From NCBI RefSeq assembly GCF_009914755.1, contig NC_060928.1: a stretch of 64,000 bases of DNA; one strand, written 5' to 3'. Both the position numbers and the translations under genes were made by a program. Source of the stretch: the human T2T-CHM13v2.0 reference genome, Homo sapiens. Shown here piece by piece: positions 13,418 through 27,204 of this stretch. Under the pieces are notes generated by a model. That model made no database searches. It saw only the letters and a list, made by a program, of their open reading frames with translations, and had not been told where the DNA came from. Numbering within the stretch: position 1 is the stretch's first letter; every line of letters begins with the position of its first letter.

Positions 13418-14027
13418 GTATGTAAAAAAGATCCTTGGAATACCCATGAGAAAAGTAAACTAACCAAGTAACAAAATTGTAATAAAAATACACTTCCCTA
13501 TATAAAAATGTTACAGTCATTAGCCTGAATCAAGAGTAAATACATTAATTAGGAGAGATTTATCTTGTTCTGAAGGTGAGAACAACAGTTCATAGCTAGC
13601 ATGGGTATTTGGAAATTATGGAACTAATACCGCTAAAAATCTGATGTTTATATTTTGGTTTTAGATGCCCTAAAAGATATTTCAAGACATAACATTTAGA
13701 AAACACTGGTGTAGGAAGCAGATTACCATAATAAAAACAGCAAATGGGGAACGTGATTCTGTCTGGTTTGCAAATTGATTCCATCTGCTGGAAACATCTA
13801 GTTGCCTCCAACCACTGTCTTTCACTAATGGGATAAACACATAGAAAGAACTCTTGGAAAACAGGTAAATAGCCTGGTATGTTGTATGATTGGTTCCTCA
13901 GTTATTTAACTCTTAAAAATATAGTCAGAGCAACAATCTCATTCTCTCTCTCTTCTCTCTTTTATTCTTGTCTTCCATCTTGAGTTTTATCTGCCTTTGA
14001 AGTCCTACAATTTAAATAAAAATACTG

Positions 14028-14345
14028 GGCTGGGCACAGTGACCCATGCCTGTAATCCTAGCACTTCGGAAGGCCAAGGTGGGAGGATCTCTTGAGCCCA
14101 GAATTTCAAGAACAGCCTGGGCAACCTAGTGAGGTCCCATCTCTATAAAAAGTATTAAAAATTAGCTGGGTATGGCGGCATATGCCTGTAGTCTCAGCTG
14201 CTTGGGAGGCTGAGGGAGGAGTATCACTTGAGCCCAGGAATTTCAGGCTGTAATGAGTCATGACCACGGCACTGCACTCCAGCCTGAGCAACAGGTCAAA
14301 ACCCTGTCTCTAAAACAAAAAAAACCACTAAAATAAATAAATAAG
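14028..14345 (+). mobile_element. Alu SINE, AluJ
   Basis: ggctgggcacagtg...ggaggatctcttgagcccag (AluJ-type), A-rich tail, TSD taaaaatact (14017-14026 / 14346-14355). Confidence 0.95.
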
Positions 14346-14629
14346 TAAAAATACTTACCATTGATTGTCATATATTTTTCTATAATTTTAAAAATATTAT
14401 TATTTGTAGCTAACCAAAGTGTCAGTCTCTGGTTAAAGCTTGCACAATGCACAAATTTAATAATTGATAGTTTAATTTGTAGCTGTCAAACTCATAAAAA
14501 ATGAAGTAAAATTTTTGCTATGGTTATGTACAGTATAAGGAGAAAAGCAAAGCTTAGCTATCTTTGTATTCTATTCCTTACTATGAAAAATGTATATATA
14601 CTTTGTATACATAAAAGTACTTTGTGTGT

Positions 14630-15082
14630 GTGAATGTCTGCTATCTATGGCTGAATAACAAATCACCCCAAAACTTACTGGTGTAAAACAACGATTTATT
14701 ATTTCTCATAACTCTGGGTGGCTTTTTGCTGATCTCACCTGGAGATCACTTTTATGACCATCTTCATCTGGAAAGTTAACTAGCAGCTGAGTTTAGCTGA
14801 GACACCTGAGACAGCTGGTTTCTCCTCTCTGTGTGATCTTTCATCCTTAGGGCAGCTAGTCCAAGCCTTCTCGAATGGTGGCAGCAGCATTCCAAAAGGG
14901 CATGCTTCAATGTATAACCGCATATTAAGCTTCTACTTGCCACATGTTTGCTGAGGTCCTATTGGTCAAAGCAGGTCACATGAAGAAGCCTAGTGTCAAT
15001 GTGGGAGGGGACTACCACCACCCAAACCCACTGCTACTAGGAGGCATGGTTCATTGAGGGTCACTAGTGTAACCATGCTCCA
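14630..15082 (-). mobile_element. Old MaLR LTR (MLT1-type)
   Basis: gctgaataacaaatcacccaaaacttactggtgtaaaacaacgatttattatttctcata...ctattggtcaaagcaggtcacatg. Confidence 0.75.
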
Positions 15083-15534
15083 TAATGGGAAAAGACCGCT
15101 ACTTTGAAACAAAACAATTCATGTGTTAACACAACATTATTTGAAAGGAGTAACAACTTTATGAATGCTTTTATAGGATTTTTTTCAGGTCACAGAAATC
15201 CTCTATTTTAATACTTCGTAATGATATTTACAATAAAAAATAAATAGAAAGTGCTTTATCAAGGAAACATAGTGTTTTATTTAGAAGGAGAATATGATCA
15301 TTATTGAGCACTGGATATGCATATGGTACTTAATCAGGTGAACTATATGTGTTCTCATTTAATTAATATAATAGAACAACACTGAAAAATTATTTGTTAA
15401 ATTTTGTTAATGCAAAAAATAATCCTGAATATTCACTTATTAAGTACTATGCTCAACTCTTTTTATCATTTTACTAGTATTCTGAAGATCTAAGTTCTAA
15501 ATGTTCATTGGGACATCCGCACTCTTTGCCTTAT

Positions 15535-15870
15535 ACATCAGTTAGGATTGCTTTACTGCTGAGTAACCAAGGCCCAGAATAACAGTGGTTTAAATAAGAC
15601 AAGAGTTAAAATCTTTCTCACAGAGAAGTCTGGAGAGGGGCAGCGCAGGGATGAGTTCTCCTGCTTGGAGGCTTTAGGATCCCAAGGTTCTACCAGCTCA
15701 TCACTCTCATCTCTACAGTACAGCTTTGGTTACATAACTGCACTTTGCAGGAGGGGATGCTGGGAAACACTGTCTTACACTTTTTCCTTAATGTTCATTC
15801 ACAGAGTCCATAGCCTCTAACTGTGGAGGAAACAGAGAATAGATATTAAGGAAAAAGTGACAGTCTTTGC
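15535..15870 (-). mobile_element. Old MaLR LTR relic (MLT1-type)
   Basis: cagttaggattgctttactgctgagtaac...aataacagtggtttaaataagacaagag. Confidence 0.55.
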
Positions 15871-17269
15871 CTCACCTTATGTGCAATGGCATGCTTGATC
15901 CCTGGGGTCAGATATATAATCCCTAACAGTACCCTTAATATGGATAAGCTCTCCAAGCAATGCTAATTGATCTATAAGTAGATAAGCACACTCAGCCTTA
16001 TTAACACCACATTCTAACCATTACGTTACATGATATGTGGAAAATTGGTGCCTTTATCACTATGGAACCAGCTGCATGTTGAACTGTTATAACAGGTACA
16101 GTCACTGTGACTCATTGAAATTCACATGAAAAGCACAAAGATATTGTGTGGAAAGTTAGTCAGGCAAGCAATATCTCAAGGGAAGATCATGTGTCAGGAA
16201 AGCAGTGTAGGGGTAAAAAGTCAGCCTGGGGGATGGGGCAAGGCTTAGAAAGAAGAGGGCTGCCTTAGATTCACACTGTATAAAGGAGGCTTGAAAAAAA
16301 AAGAAATAAAGAGAAGATATTTGCTAGTAGATTAAAACTAAGGAAAATGTTACTGTGCTACCTTTGAGGTAAATGTGGTTCACTGGTTGTTAAGTATTCA
16401 ATTTACATTGACTAAATCACATCTGATTTATTAACTTTTCTTACCACTTTTCCTATACAACATTTCTTCAGAAATTTCTACAAACATATGCACATTTGGT
16501 TCTCCTGAAGACTGGAAGCAGATCTAGTTCAGCACCAGCTTTCTTGTAAGGAGAGCAGCTGGCACAGACCCATGGCATCTCAAGGGCCTACCTCGGGAAA
16601 CAGAGGCAAAAACATTCCAAAAAGTTAAGGAGGACTACTTCTCCAAGAAGTATCTGCCACAAATTATAGCCATAGCATTTCCCCTGTTCTTTGTAGCTAC
16701 TTTCAAACTTTTTTAGAAAAATTGTATTTATTTTAAATGTTTTATTGGATCAGACCGGTTTTACCATGGACACTGTTTTATTTACTCAAATTTTCTCCAT
16801 ACATTTATGCATACTAAGTACTGATCTGTATTTAAATAACATCATTTAGCCAGTTAGGGACACATAACCAGGCCCTGAATAGAAGAAATTTAACTGCTGA
16901 CTTCAGATCCATGCAATGACTGATTCTAAAGAAAATGCTTAGTTTCTACAATAAATCTTAGTTCTTCTGTCAACTACAATGACTGAAACTCTTGTATATT
17001 TCTACAAAGCAGCCCTGCCACACTCCATGCTGTGCTGAATTGTTCCAAATTAGAGATCTGCTGCTTCCCTGTGGGCATCCTGCTGGAACATATAGATTTT
17101 CTATTGAGCTGCTAGGGCTTTGCTTCAGTTTTGCACAGTAGCCAATTTAAGCAGATTGGAGCAATATATGCAATCCCGCTGCATAGTCAGCATTGGAATT
17201 GTCTTACCAGGATGAATATGATGGGGAAGAAGTTATGACCCCATTTGCTCAGAGAAAGCTAGTATGACC

Positions 17270-17460
17270 TGCCAGAAAAAATATGGGCTGGAAAGCCAAG
17301 CAGACCTTGCTACTTACCTGGTCATTCTAACTCTTACTTTTCTCATCTCTAAAACTGGGAGGGAAACATCTAACTTTCAAGGTAACATGAATTAAAGAGA
17401 ATGAATGTAAAATACCTACCACAGTATCTGATATATAATAATGTATGCTTATTATTATTA
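17270..17460 (+). mobile_element. MIR SINE relic
   Basis: ttttctcatctctaaaactggga...attaaagagaatgaatgtaaaatacctaccacagtatctg. Confidence 0.55.
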
Positions 17461-18039
17461 AAAAAATGAAAGAGCACTGGTTTAGAAAATGTAGAAAATT
17501 ATACAACTCTAACACTAGTATTCTAAGGTAGGTTCTACTGAGGCTTTTTGTGATCCTAATATTATTGTGCCTCTTGTATAATTAAAAGTAAAATCAATAA
17601 TAAATATCAAGATGAGTTTTAGGACATTTAAAGACTTTCTGACTTTTTTCCGTCAGTATTACTTTGATTCTTTTTGGGAAATGTCAATATTCAAAATCTT
17701 GTGCCTGAAGCGCATTTTAAATTTGCCTTTGGATAATCCAGCACTGTTTAAAATGTACTTTAATCACTTTCACTCCAGAACGTCTTTTCCTCCCTGATCT
17801 TTTTACTAAGTATTTCAAAAAGAGCATGAAAATTTTATTACTAAGAAAAACGGATATATTTCCCAAATAGAAAACAAAATGTAAATGTCTATATTGAATA
17901 TATTAGGTATTCCCACTGGGCCCCTGAGGCAAAGATTGAACGTTCAAGAAGTGAAAACGGAATCAAAATGTGTCTCAAAGCAGAATGACACAGTTTAAGG
18001 AACCAGGGTTTGGAAAGGAGGACGTGTGTAGGTTTTGCA

Positions 18040-18850
18040 CATTCATTCACTCATTTAAATCATGTTTATGCAGGAGCTGCATTATGCTAGACAATGTAAA
18101 TATTATGGTGAACATGACTCATGTATTCCTGCCTTCCTGTAGTCTATGTCTGGTGAGGAAGACAGAATGCACATAATCTTGAAAAGAAAAGCAAAACGAA
18201 CTGTGGACTGTGGTAGAGATATTAAAACATGTGTAAGGAATCAAGGAAATTCTCCTTAGTGTCTTCTAAACTAAGATCTGAATGTTCAGAAAAGCTAAAG
18301 TATGGGGACAGTGGTAGCAGCAGATGAGGCAGAACAGAAAGGTAGATGTTTATTCTATAGATAAGTGTTTCATAAGGAAATGATAAGATCATTCATATCT
18401 TTAAAGATCCATTAAGAGCTTCTTGCAATGAAACAGGTGAGGTGTGCATCAGGTGACAGCTACAGAGATGAAGAAAGGTGGAACACTGCGCGAGCTGTTT
18501 GTAGGCTAGAGTTGTCAGTTCTGTACACTAGGGCTTGATGTTTGATCAATCAGGATGGGGAGAAAGAACAACATGTCAAATGTGATGCCCAGACCCAGCA
18601 CTGGGGAGCTGAGTGGATGGTGTGTTTATTAACCTAGAAAGCACAGAAGAACAGAAAGTTTGAAACTAAAGATATAAGTAAGATGCTTTCAAAGCACCCA
18701 AAAGGAGATGTTCAGTAGGCAGTTTGATATCCAGGTTTGTGTCTCTGTTCGGGAGTCTGGGCTGCAAGAAAATTCTTAAAAAGGGCTTAGCCGAATTCCT
18801 GGCACATAATGAACATTCAGGAAGTGTCAGCTACATGTATTAATAATATT
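18040..18850. mobile_element. L2 LINE relics
   Basis: cattcattcactcatttaaatcatgtttatg... (antisense L2 3' end), ggagatgttcagtaggcagtttgatat, cctggcacataatg. Confidence 0.6.
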
Positions 18851-19789
18851 ATTGTGTCTCATATTATTATTGGTACATAAGAATGTAACCATTATCAACC
18901 AAAAAAAGACAGAAAACTAAAGCCCTACAGTCATGGAGAAAAAGTCTTTCATTCATTTCAACTGTGTGGTAAAATGTACACCCAATGAAAATACAAACAT
19001 AATCCATTTCTTTTTTTAAAAAAATAAGGAAAAATCTTACACTCTTATGCCTCAAAAGAAAGCATCAGTACTGATAGTCCCATGCTCACACAGGTACAGT
19101 GAACTCCAAGTTGAGTGTCCCATTCATTGCTTAACCTCTGGTAGCATTTTCAACAGTGAATGAGTTGCTTTTCAAAGTTTGCCAGATCAGGCCTTAGTTT
19201 AAATCTGTTTCATTGTTAACAGCCATAAAATGTCAAAACAAAACAAAACAAAACATAAAGCAAAACCTTAATGCCTGACAAGGACAGAATCAGGTGCAAT
19301 ATTTGTAAACACTTGGAAAGACACTCTTATGGTATTAGCTGTGGGTTTTAAATAAAAATTAGAAAATAAGACCCTCCACATTAACTGACAGAGGGAAAAT
19401 TCTGGACTACAGCATAGACCAGATCCGTAGTTCAATGCAGAATTTCTTATACTCCCGTATTGTAAGTTCCAGTATTTATTTTTGTAGTCAGCAATTACAA
19501 TTATTCATGATCGTATTTTTATCAACCATCATGCTTATACAGCTACCTCACAAAAGTTATATTCCAGTATTTAGTAAAAAGTCAGCATTTTTAAATGCTT
19601 TACTATAAAACTCAGTATCTGACATGCATTTTTTTTCCATTGGTTCTGCCCGAAAACCTCTATCTCCCTATGAAGGGATTCAGTATCCCTCGTAAAGTGT
19701 TAGAAGTACTTGAAGAATTGTCATGTAACTGTATTATTTTTGCCATGGAGCATACATTCCTAGTTCTTATGATAATTTGCTGAATCGTA

Positions 19790-20245
19790 TTTGAAGATCT
19801 GCTAATGCCCATCATTAGTCCACATAACTGAATGGAAATTCCCTTCCCCTTCACCCTCATTCAGGAGAGGATACATGACCCAGACTTGGACAAGTATTGC
19901 ATTTCCCTAGTCACAACGATTAGGTTAAGCTACGTGATAAAATCAGATTCAATAGAATTAATTCTGGGATGCAGGTGGATCTGCCCCAAGGCTTTTATTT
20001 TATTTTACTTTGTTTATACTTGTCCTTGGAATATGAAAACCTGATACTGCTGGTAGTCAGTTACCACTGCTTAGAGAGAAATAAGGCCCTGATGACATCA
20101 CTAGAGTCAGAATCAAGCTAACTCTCAGTCTATCTCTGGACTTTTTAGTTACATAAACCAATACTTTTGTACTGCTCTTTCTGCTTTAGCCAATTTAAGT
20201 GTTTTCTCTCTCTTGGAAGACAACTCTTGTATCTAGCTGATACTA
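19790..20245 (+). mobile_element. Old MaLR LTR relic (MLT1-type)
   Basis: ctctggactttttagttacataaaccaatac...gctttagccaatttaagtgttttct...ctagctgatac is an MLT1-like 3' end. Confidence 0.55.
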
Positions 20246-21211
20246 TGTAATTTAATGTTAACAAAACACATAAAGAAACTTGAGAAAGTTAACCAAAGTT
20301 AACCATGTTTCTTTGCTGTAAACAAAAAATAAAAAACACAGTGTCTAAATTTGTAGGTAGGATATGAACATCTGCTTACAGCAGAAATTATGAGCAAGTA
20401 CACTCATAATTTCTGTACATTTCTTTGAGAACCAATTGTATGTATATACTGTGTTGGCAACATGGCTATATTAATATTCACTATATATTATATTCACAGC
20501 TATATTAATTATCTACTGGCTATCTGCTTGTATTGGTTTCTTCTGGGTTTTGAAAAGCCCAGTTTCAAACCTTAGCTCTACTACTACGAAGCCTCAGTTT
20601 CCTCTTATGTCAAATAAACATGATAAAAATAGAACTGACCTCAAACATTTACATGAATTTTAAAAAGACAGTGCTTGCAAAGCTCCACATAAAGTGGGTG
20701 CTCAGAAATCCTTAGCTGTTAGATGTTATTCATAGATGGCATTAAGGTAAGGACAAATTTATTTTTGCTGGAGCTAAAGAAAAATAGAAAGTTAAGTCAT
20801 AAGTAGGCAAATTCTAGTCATACTTCTAGTATTATTGTTATTGGGCAAACAACCAAATTTTACTTGATAAATCTAAGTTGATAAGCAGATATAGAAAAAT
20901 ATAGATACAGATATACATATAGATATACATAGACATATACATATTTTTGTCCCCATACAGCTGTATATCTGATCTTAAATATTTGAATTTGTTATTACAT
21001 CTGCAGGATTATATACTTGTAGGTCAAACTTTACATTTGGTCAAACTAAGAACAACTAGCAATGTCTGGAGAGTTCTGGGTTACTTCCATATATCCTGAT
21101 CTAATTTTTTTGATGCATTAAATAGATAACCTCTATCTCCAGCAAGATTAAATTTTTTCCTATTGATAAGGATTGATAAGGAAAAGAAAACAATGACAAG
21201 AGCATTTTGCA

Positions 21212-21456
21212 GCCGGGCGTGGTGGCTCACGCCTGTAATCCCAGCCCTTTGGGAGGCCGAGGCGAGCGGATCACGAGGTCAGGAGAGCGAGACCATCCTG
21301 GCTAACACGGTGAAACCCCATCTCTACTTAAAATACAAAAAATTAGCCAGGCATGGTGGCGGGCGCCTGTAGTTCCAGCTACTCGGGAAGCTGAGGCAGG
21401 AGAATGGCGTGAACCCAGGAGGTGGACCTTGCAGTGAGCCAAAAAAAAAAAAAAAA
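21212..21456 (+). mobile_element. AluY, missing the 3' ~50 nt of the right arm
   Basis: AluY diagnostics gagaccatcctggctaacacggtg and gaatggcgtgaaccc. Body ends at gcagtgagcc (21440), then A16. TSD aagagcattttgca(gc). Confidence 0.95.
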
Positions 21457-22162
21457 GAGCATTTTGCAGCTGACCTGGAGCTAGTGTTTTGAAATAGACA
21501 AAAGGGGACATGGTTTAGAATGTAGTCTTCTTACAGTTGTCTTGTGACATTTCACTAGCACAAATACCAATACCTATAATAAATAAGTCAATTCTATATG
21601 TCCTTCTTATATAATATATAAGCCAATATTAGTCATAGCTAATTCCACATAAAACCCACTTAGAGCTAGGAGAAACCTAATTAGTACAAATTCTATTTTG
21701 TCATTTTAAACATTAATCTATTATTGAAATTCTCAGATTTTAATAAATTTAATAAAATTAGCATTTTAATGCAAAAGTATTCTCAATTCTCAAAAGGTTG
21801 ATTCCATTTTTAAGACAACTTACAACTAAGGGAATATTTAAATCCAAATAATACAAAAAAATAAGATTCCCATTTGACACATTAGCATGGATGAAGGGTC
21901 AATGTTGAGGTCATTACAGTCCAACCTAATAAGTCCATGAAATAAAATAAATATAGAAACTAATCTAAAAGCTAAGAAATGCAGAGATATTTTACTAACA
22001 TGAAAGAGGAGAGGAGCTTTTTGTTGGATTTATTTTTATTCTTCCTGCACCTATAATTTACATCGCTCCATGTTTCCAATTCTTTTCAGGAGCAAGTTGA
22101 AAATCTTACATATGCAGCTTTATGAAGAAATCTGATCAGTCAGATGAGAATGTTCTGCCTGC

Positions 22163-22187
22163 TTTTTTTTTTTTTTTTTTTTTTTTT
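22163..22187. repeat. (T)25 homopolymer
   Basis: Read directly; no adjacent SINE body recognised. Confidence 0.9.
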
Positions 22188-22672
22188 GGTCCAATTCATT
22201 TTTAGCCCTTATTTCCCCAGGAGAAAGAAAATAGGAGTTTCTTCCTTTCATCCTCAGCTAGAATCTCACAACTGGTGCTGCCAATATTTCTGCAATGAAG
22301 TGTCTTAACAAAGATGAATTAACTCCAACACTGTTCTCCTTGATTTTTTCTCTCATTAGCTGCTTCTTTGCTGAGCCTAGACTCTTTCTGACCACTAACC
22401 TGAAGGACAGTCTATGAGTCATGAAGTACTGTACATTTGCCTTTAAGTATACATAATGAGACTTAGATCCTGGAGCAGCTTGTGGTGGGGCAGCAGGATG
22501 AAACCCTCTGTGGCTTATCTAGTCTGCTCTACAAACAGTCACTGAAGCACTAGCTTAAGTTTGTGCATTTTCTTGTACATCAGGCTGTCAGGCCTGGTGG
22601 AATCTCCATTCTGTTAATAAGAAGGAATCAGAGGGAGGGGATAAAAGTGTAATGTAAAATGTAAATAGGGTA

Positions 22673-24982
22673 TATCCTCATCTGTTTTCTGTTACTTATA
22701 ACAGAATACCTGAAATTGGGTAATTAATAAAGAAAAGATATTTACAGTTATAGAGGCTGAAAAGTCCACGGTGAAAGAGCCCCATATCATCACAGCCTTC
22801 TTGCTGGTGGAGACCCTTCAAAGTCTCAAGGTGGTTCAGGATATCACATGCTGAATGGGCTGAGTTTGCTAATGTGCTAGCTCTCTTCCTCGTCTTAGGA
22901 AGCCACCAGCTCCTCTCCCATGATAACCCATTAATCCATTAAGCTATTAATCCATTAATTCACAAATGGATTAATCTATTCAGGAGGGCAGAGCCTCTTA
23001 AAGGTCACACCTCTCAATACTGCCACATTGGAGATTAAATTTCAACTTGAGTTTTGGAAGGGACATTCACTCCATAGCATTCTCACCCTTGCCTCCGAAA
23101 ACTTGAGTTTTTCTCACATACAAATACATTCATTCCATCCCCATAGCCCAAAGTCTTAACTTGTTTCAGTATTAACTCAAAAGTTCAAAGCCCAAAGTGT
23201 CATCTGTGAGCCTGTGAAATCAAAACAAGTTATTTTCTTGTAAGATACAAGGGTGAGAGAAGCATAGGATACAGATTCCTGCTCCAAAAGAGAGAAATAG
23301 GCAAAAAATGGTAACAAGACCTATGAAATTCCAAAACTCAAGAGAGTAGACATTGGGTTCTAAAACTCCAGAATAATCTCTGACTCCATGTCTGACCTCT
23401 TCTGCATACTGGTGTGGGAGTTAAGTCCCCAAGGCCTTGGGCAGCCCTGGACTCTGGCTTGACTGGGCTTAGCCCACCCAGCTCTCCCAAGCTGATGTTG
23501 CCCACTCTGCAACAGCTCCAGCCCCACATTTCTGCAGGCATTGCTCTAATGGGGGCTCTCTGTGGTGGCTCCATCCCTGTGACAAGTCTTTGTCTGGGCC
23601 TTCAGGTTTTCAGTGACGTATTTTGAAATCTGGGTGAAGGTTCTTGCTTTCAGCAAGCCTGCAGAATTAGTACCATGTGAACACTGCCAAGGTTTACATA
23701 CATGAGGCACTGCACTGGGGGTATGGGGAATAGAGTCCCAAGGAAATCCTGGGCAGTGAGCCTATGGAGAGCACCCTGGGCCTGTCCCCTGAAATCAATC
23801 TGCCCTCCTAGGTCTATGGGCCTGTGATGGGAGGGGCATCCTTGAAGATCTCTGAAGTGCCTTCAGGGTCTTTCTTTCACTGTCTTGAAAAACAGCACCT
23901 GGCTTCCCTCTATCTGTGTTAATCTCTTTAGCAAATGGTCACTGAGCTACACCTTTGTTTTTCTCTCCTGGACATACTTCTTCACTTTTGCAACATATTC
24001 ACTTTTGCAACATATTAAGTGGCCAGACTGAGAATTTTCCAAATCTTTCCACTCTTTTCCTTTGAATTATAATTCTATCTTTAAATTATTCTTTTGCTTC
24101 TGCATCTCACTGCAAGTGGCTACAAATAACCATGCAACTCCTTCTGTATTTTACTTAGAAATGTCTTCTTCCCGACATCCCAGTTTATGACACTCATGTC
24201 TGGCCTTCTGCAAGGCCTCAGGAATGGGCACAGTTCAGTCAAGTTCTTTTCCAACTGATAAGAAGAATGACCTTTCCTCTAGTTTCCAATACCTTATTCC
24301 TCAGTTCCATCTGAAACCTCATTGGAATGGCCTTTACTGTCTATATTTCCATTAACATTCTGGTCATCTCACTTAACCAACCTTTAAGAAGTTCCAAACC
24401 TTCCCCACTCTTCTTGTCATCTAAGCCCTCACCAGAAGCTAGGCTTTCTCTAACCCAGTCCTTCAATTTCTTCCAGCCTCTGCTCACTACCCAGTTTCAA
24501 AGCTGCTTTCACATTATCAGGTATTTGTTATCAGCAACGCCACATTCTTAGTACCAATTTTCTGTTTTAGTCTCTTTTCTGTTGCTGATAACAGAATACC
24601 TGAAACTGGGTAATTTCTAAAGAAAAGGAATTTATTTCTAATACTTACAGAGGCTGAGAAGTCCAAGCTTGAAGTGTCACATTCAGTGAGAGCCTTCTTG
24701 CTGGTGGAAACTCTGCACAAAGTCCTGAGGCATTACATGTAGGACCTTACATGGTGAGGGGACTGAGTGCGGTGATGTGCTAGCTCAGGTCTCTCCTCTT
24801 CTTCTTACAGAGCCACAGGTTTCTCTCCCATGATAATTCATTTATTTATTAACCCATTAATCCATTTATGAGGGCAGAGCCCTTATGATCCCATAACCTC
24901 TTAAAGGCAACACCTCTCAATACTGCTACATTGGGGATTCAGTTTCAACATGAGTTTTAGAGGCGACATGCAAACAATAGAA
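22673..24982 (-). mobile_element. Two-LTR MaLR provirus, MST-type (MSTC/D-like): LTRs ~22673-23079 and 24563-24982, internal 23080-24562
   Basis: Two homologous ~410-bp direct repeats (ataacagaatacctgaaa...gggtaatt...cacctctcaatactgc...tttcaac) flanking MST-int-like sequence. No intact ORF. Confidence 0.9.
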
Positions 24983-25279
24983 AAGTAAAAGCAAAATATG
25001 GGTTTTTTTTCAGTACCAATAATATGTAGGCAGACCACCATAGAAAGGAAAAAAAGATTTCCCCTTGTAGTTTTGAAATTAGATCTTCAATTTATTGTTA
25101 TTTAATAGAATAATAAATTCTAGTAAGTAAAGTTTCTTTGTACTGAACATACGCAAATAGAAGCTTTACCTAAAATAAAAAATAACGAGAACATTTTACA
25201 TTTGTGCTGCATTTTTTTCTTTTTGGAATATTTCACACATATTATCACCAGAAATACCCATTACCTTCATTCTACTCTC

Positions 25280-26865
25280 TTTAAGGAATGACAAAATCTA
25301 TGCCTGTGAGGTTTCTGGGTACAACCAAAACCAGTGAGAAATTTTGGGTCTGAAACACACAGATTTGGGGTTTGCTTTGATACGTGGTCCAAAAAACAGA
25401 GAAGATCTAACATAAAATGGGCTCTAGACCAATGAGATGCATAAAATATCCAGCAGATGCAAACTCTAAACCTCCCTGGAAGAATGTTGTCTTGTCATGA
25501 GAAATTATCACAGAAAAAAAAGTCTTCACTAAAGATGAATGTATAATCAACACTTAAAAACAAAATTATAAGTGAGAGTCATCAAGCAATAAACAGTAAT
25601 GTTATAAAAATAAACCATGTAATATTGGTTTTTTATGAAACATGATCTGAATAAGTATAAACATCATTTTTCATGATCTGAAAAAATGTAAACATTTTTA
25701 AAGACATAAGAAAGTAAACACAATCTTAGGAACAGAATAAGACTTCAAAAGAAATTCAAAACAATAATTTAATATTCAGTGAATGATTTAGTAGCAAATT
25801 AGATATGTCATAGAGGAAACTAATAACCTAAAAAGAAATCTGAGAAAATAACTCAGAATGCTCCATGGAGAAATAGAGAGAAAGAGGATGAAATGAGAAG
25901 ACCCAAACTACAACTAACAGCAGTTTCAAAGAATTAGAACAAAAGGAAATTAAATCAATATGGTGTTAACACATAGAAAAACAAACAGGCCAAAGAGGAA
26001 GTCCTGAAATACATATACATATGAACACATGATTTATGACAAAAATGAATTAAATGTAATATAAAAGGCATAACAATAAATCAACTAAAAGACAACATGG
26101 GAGAATATCTTCAAGACTTTGAGAGTTAGCAAATATTTTTATAGAGAGCACAAAAAACACTAACCATAAAGAAAAACATTGATAAATTGAACTACAATAA
26201 AATTAAGAGCTTATTTTAATTGAAACACATTATTAAGATCATACAAAAGCAAGCCATTGTCTAGAACACACTTATAATGTATTTAGCTGGCAAATAATTC
26301 ATTTAGAACGCATAAAGAACTCTTACCAATTGTTATGGTCTGAATGTTTGTGTACTCCCAAAATTCATGCTGAAATCCTTATCCCAAAGGTAAAGATTTA
26401 GACAGTAGGGCCTTTGGGAAGTGATTAGATACTGAGAGTAAAGCCCTCATAAATATAATTAGTGTCCTTATACAGGAGACCCTGGAGATCTTCGCCCCTT
26501 CTAACAGAGAGAAGGTGCTATCCATGAGCCAGAAAGCAAGCCCTCTTTTGACAATGAAATTGCTGGTGTGTTGTTCAAGGACTTTCCAGCTTCCAGAACA
26601 ATAAGAAATAAATTTTTGTGGCTTATAACCTACCCAGTTTATGATATTTTGTTAAAGCAGATAGAACAGACCAAGATATCAATAAGTAAGAAAAAGGCAG
26701 ACAAGCCAAGAGAAAAATGTGCAGAAGACTTCAAAAAGGGAAAATATTAAAAAACACAACATTTGTAAAGTGTTCAAATTAATTAATCACTAGGAAAATG
26801 CAAATCATAACCACAGTGAGACCCCACTACATATGTACTAGATTAGATAACATTTACAATTCTGG
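25280..26865 (+). mobile_element. Old L1M (L1ME-like) fragments; host of the nested cluster
   Basis: Decayed ORF1-like and ORF2-3'-like sequence (gataaattgaactacaataaaattaag...aatcactaggaaaatgcaaatcataaccacagtgaga). Continues at 36561. Confidence 0.7.
26331..26678 (+). mobile_element. MaLR solo LTR (MLT1A-like) inside L1M
   Basis: tgttatggtctgaatgtttgtg...gactttccagcttccagaacaataagaaataaattt...accaagata. TSD ccaat/tcaat. Confidence 0.85.
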
Positions 26866-27195
26866 GGCTGGGTGCAATGGCTGACACGTGTAATGCCAGC
26901 ACTTTGGAAGACCTAGATGAGTGGATCACTTGAGCCCAGGAGTTCAATACTAGCCTAGGCAACATGGTGAAACCCTGTCTCTACAAAAAAAAAAAAAAAA
27001 AAAATTAGCTGGGCATGGTGGCATAAACCTATAGTTCCACCTACTCAGGGGAGGCTGAGGTTGGAGGATCACTTGAGCCCAGGAGGTCAAGGCTGCAGTG
27101 AGTGGTGATTGCACCACTGCACTCCAGCCAGGGCAACAGAGTGAGACCCTTTCTCAAAAAATAAAATAAAATAAAAAATAAGTAAAATAAAACAA
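26866..27195 (+). mobile_element. Alu SINE, AluJ, with an expanded central A20 linker
   Basis: ggctgggtgcaatggctgacac...ggatcacttgagcccaggag in both arms. Central A run at 26985-27004. TSD-like attctgg. Confidence 0.95.
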
Positions 27196-27204
27196 GATTC
27201 TGGT

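Noticed and set aside
17208-17268. Possible minus-strand exon (tttttctggcag acceptor, CTG/gtaaga donor)
   Set aside because: The 61 nt have stops in all three frames and there is no evidence of use. At most a non-coding or cryptic exon.
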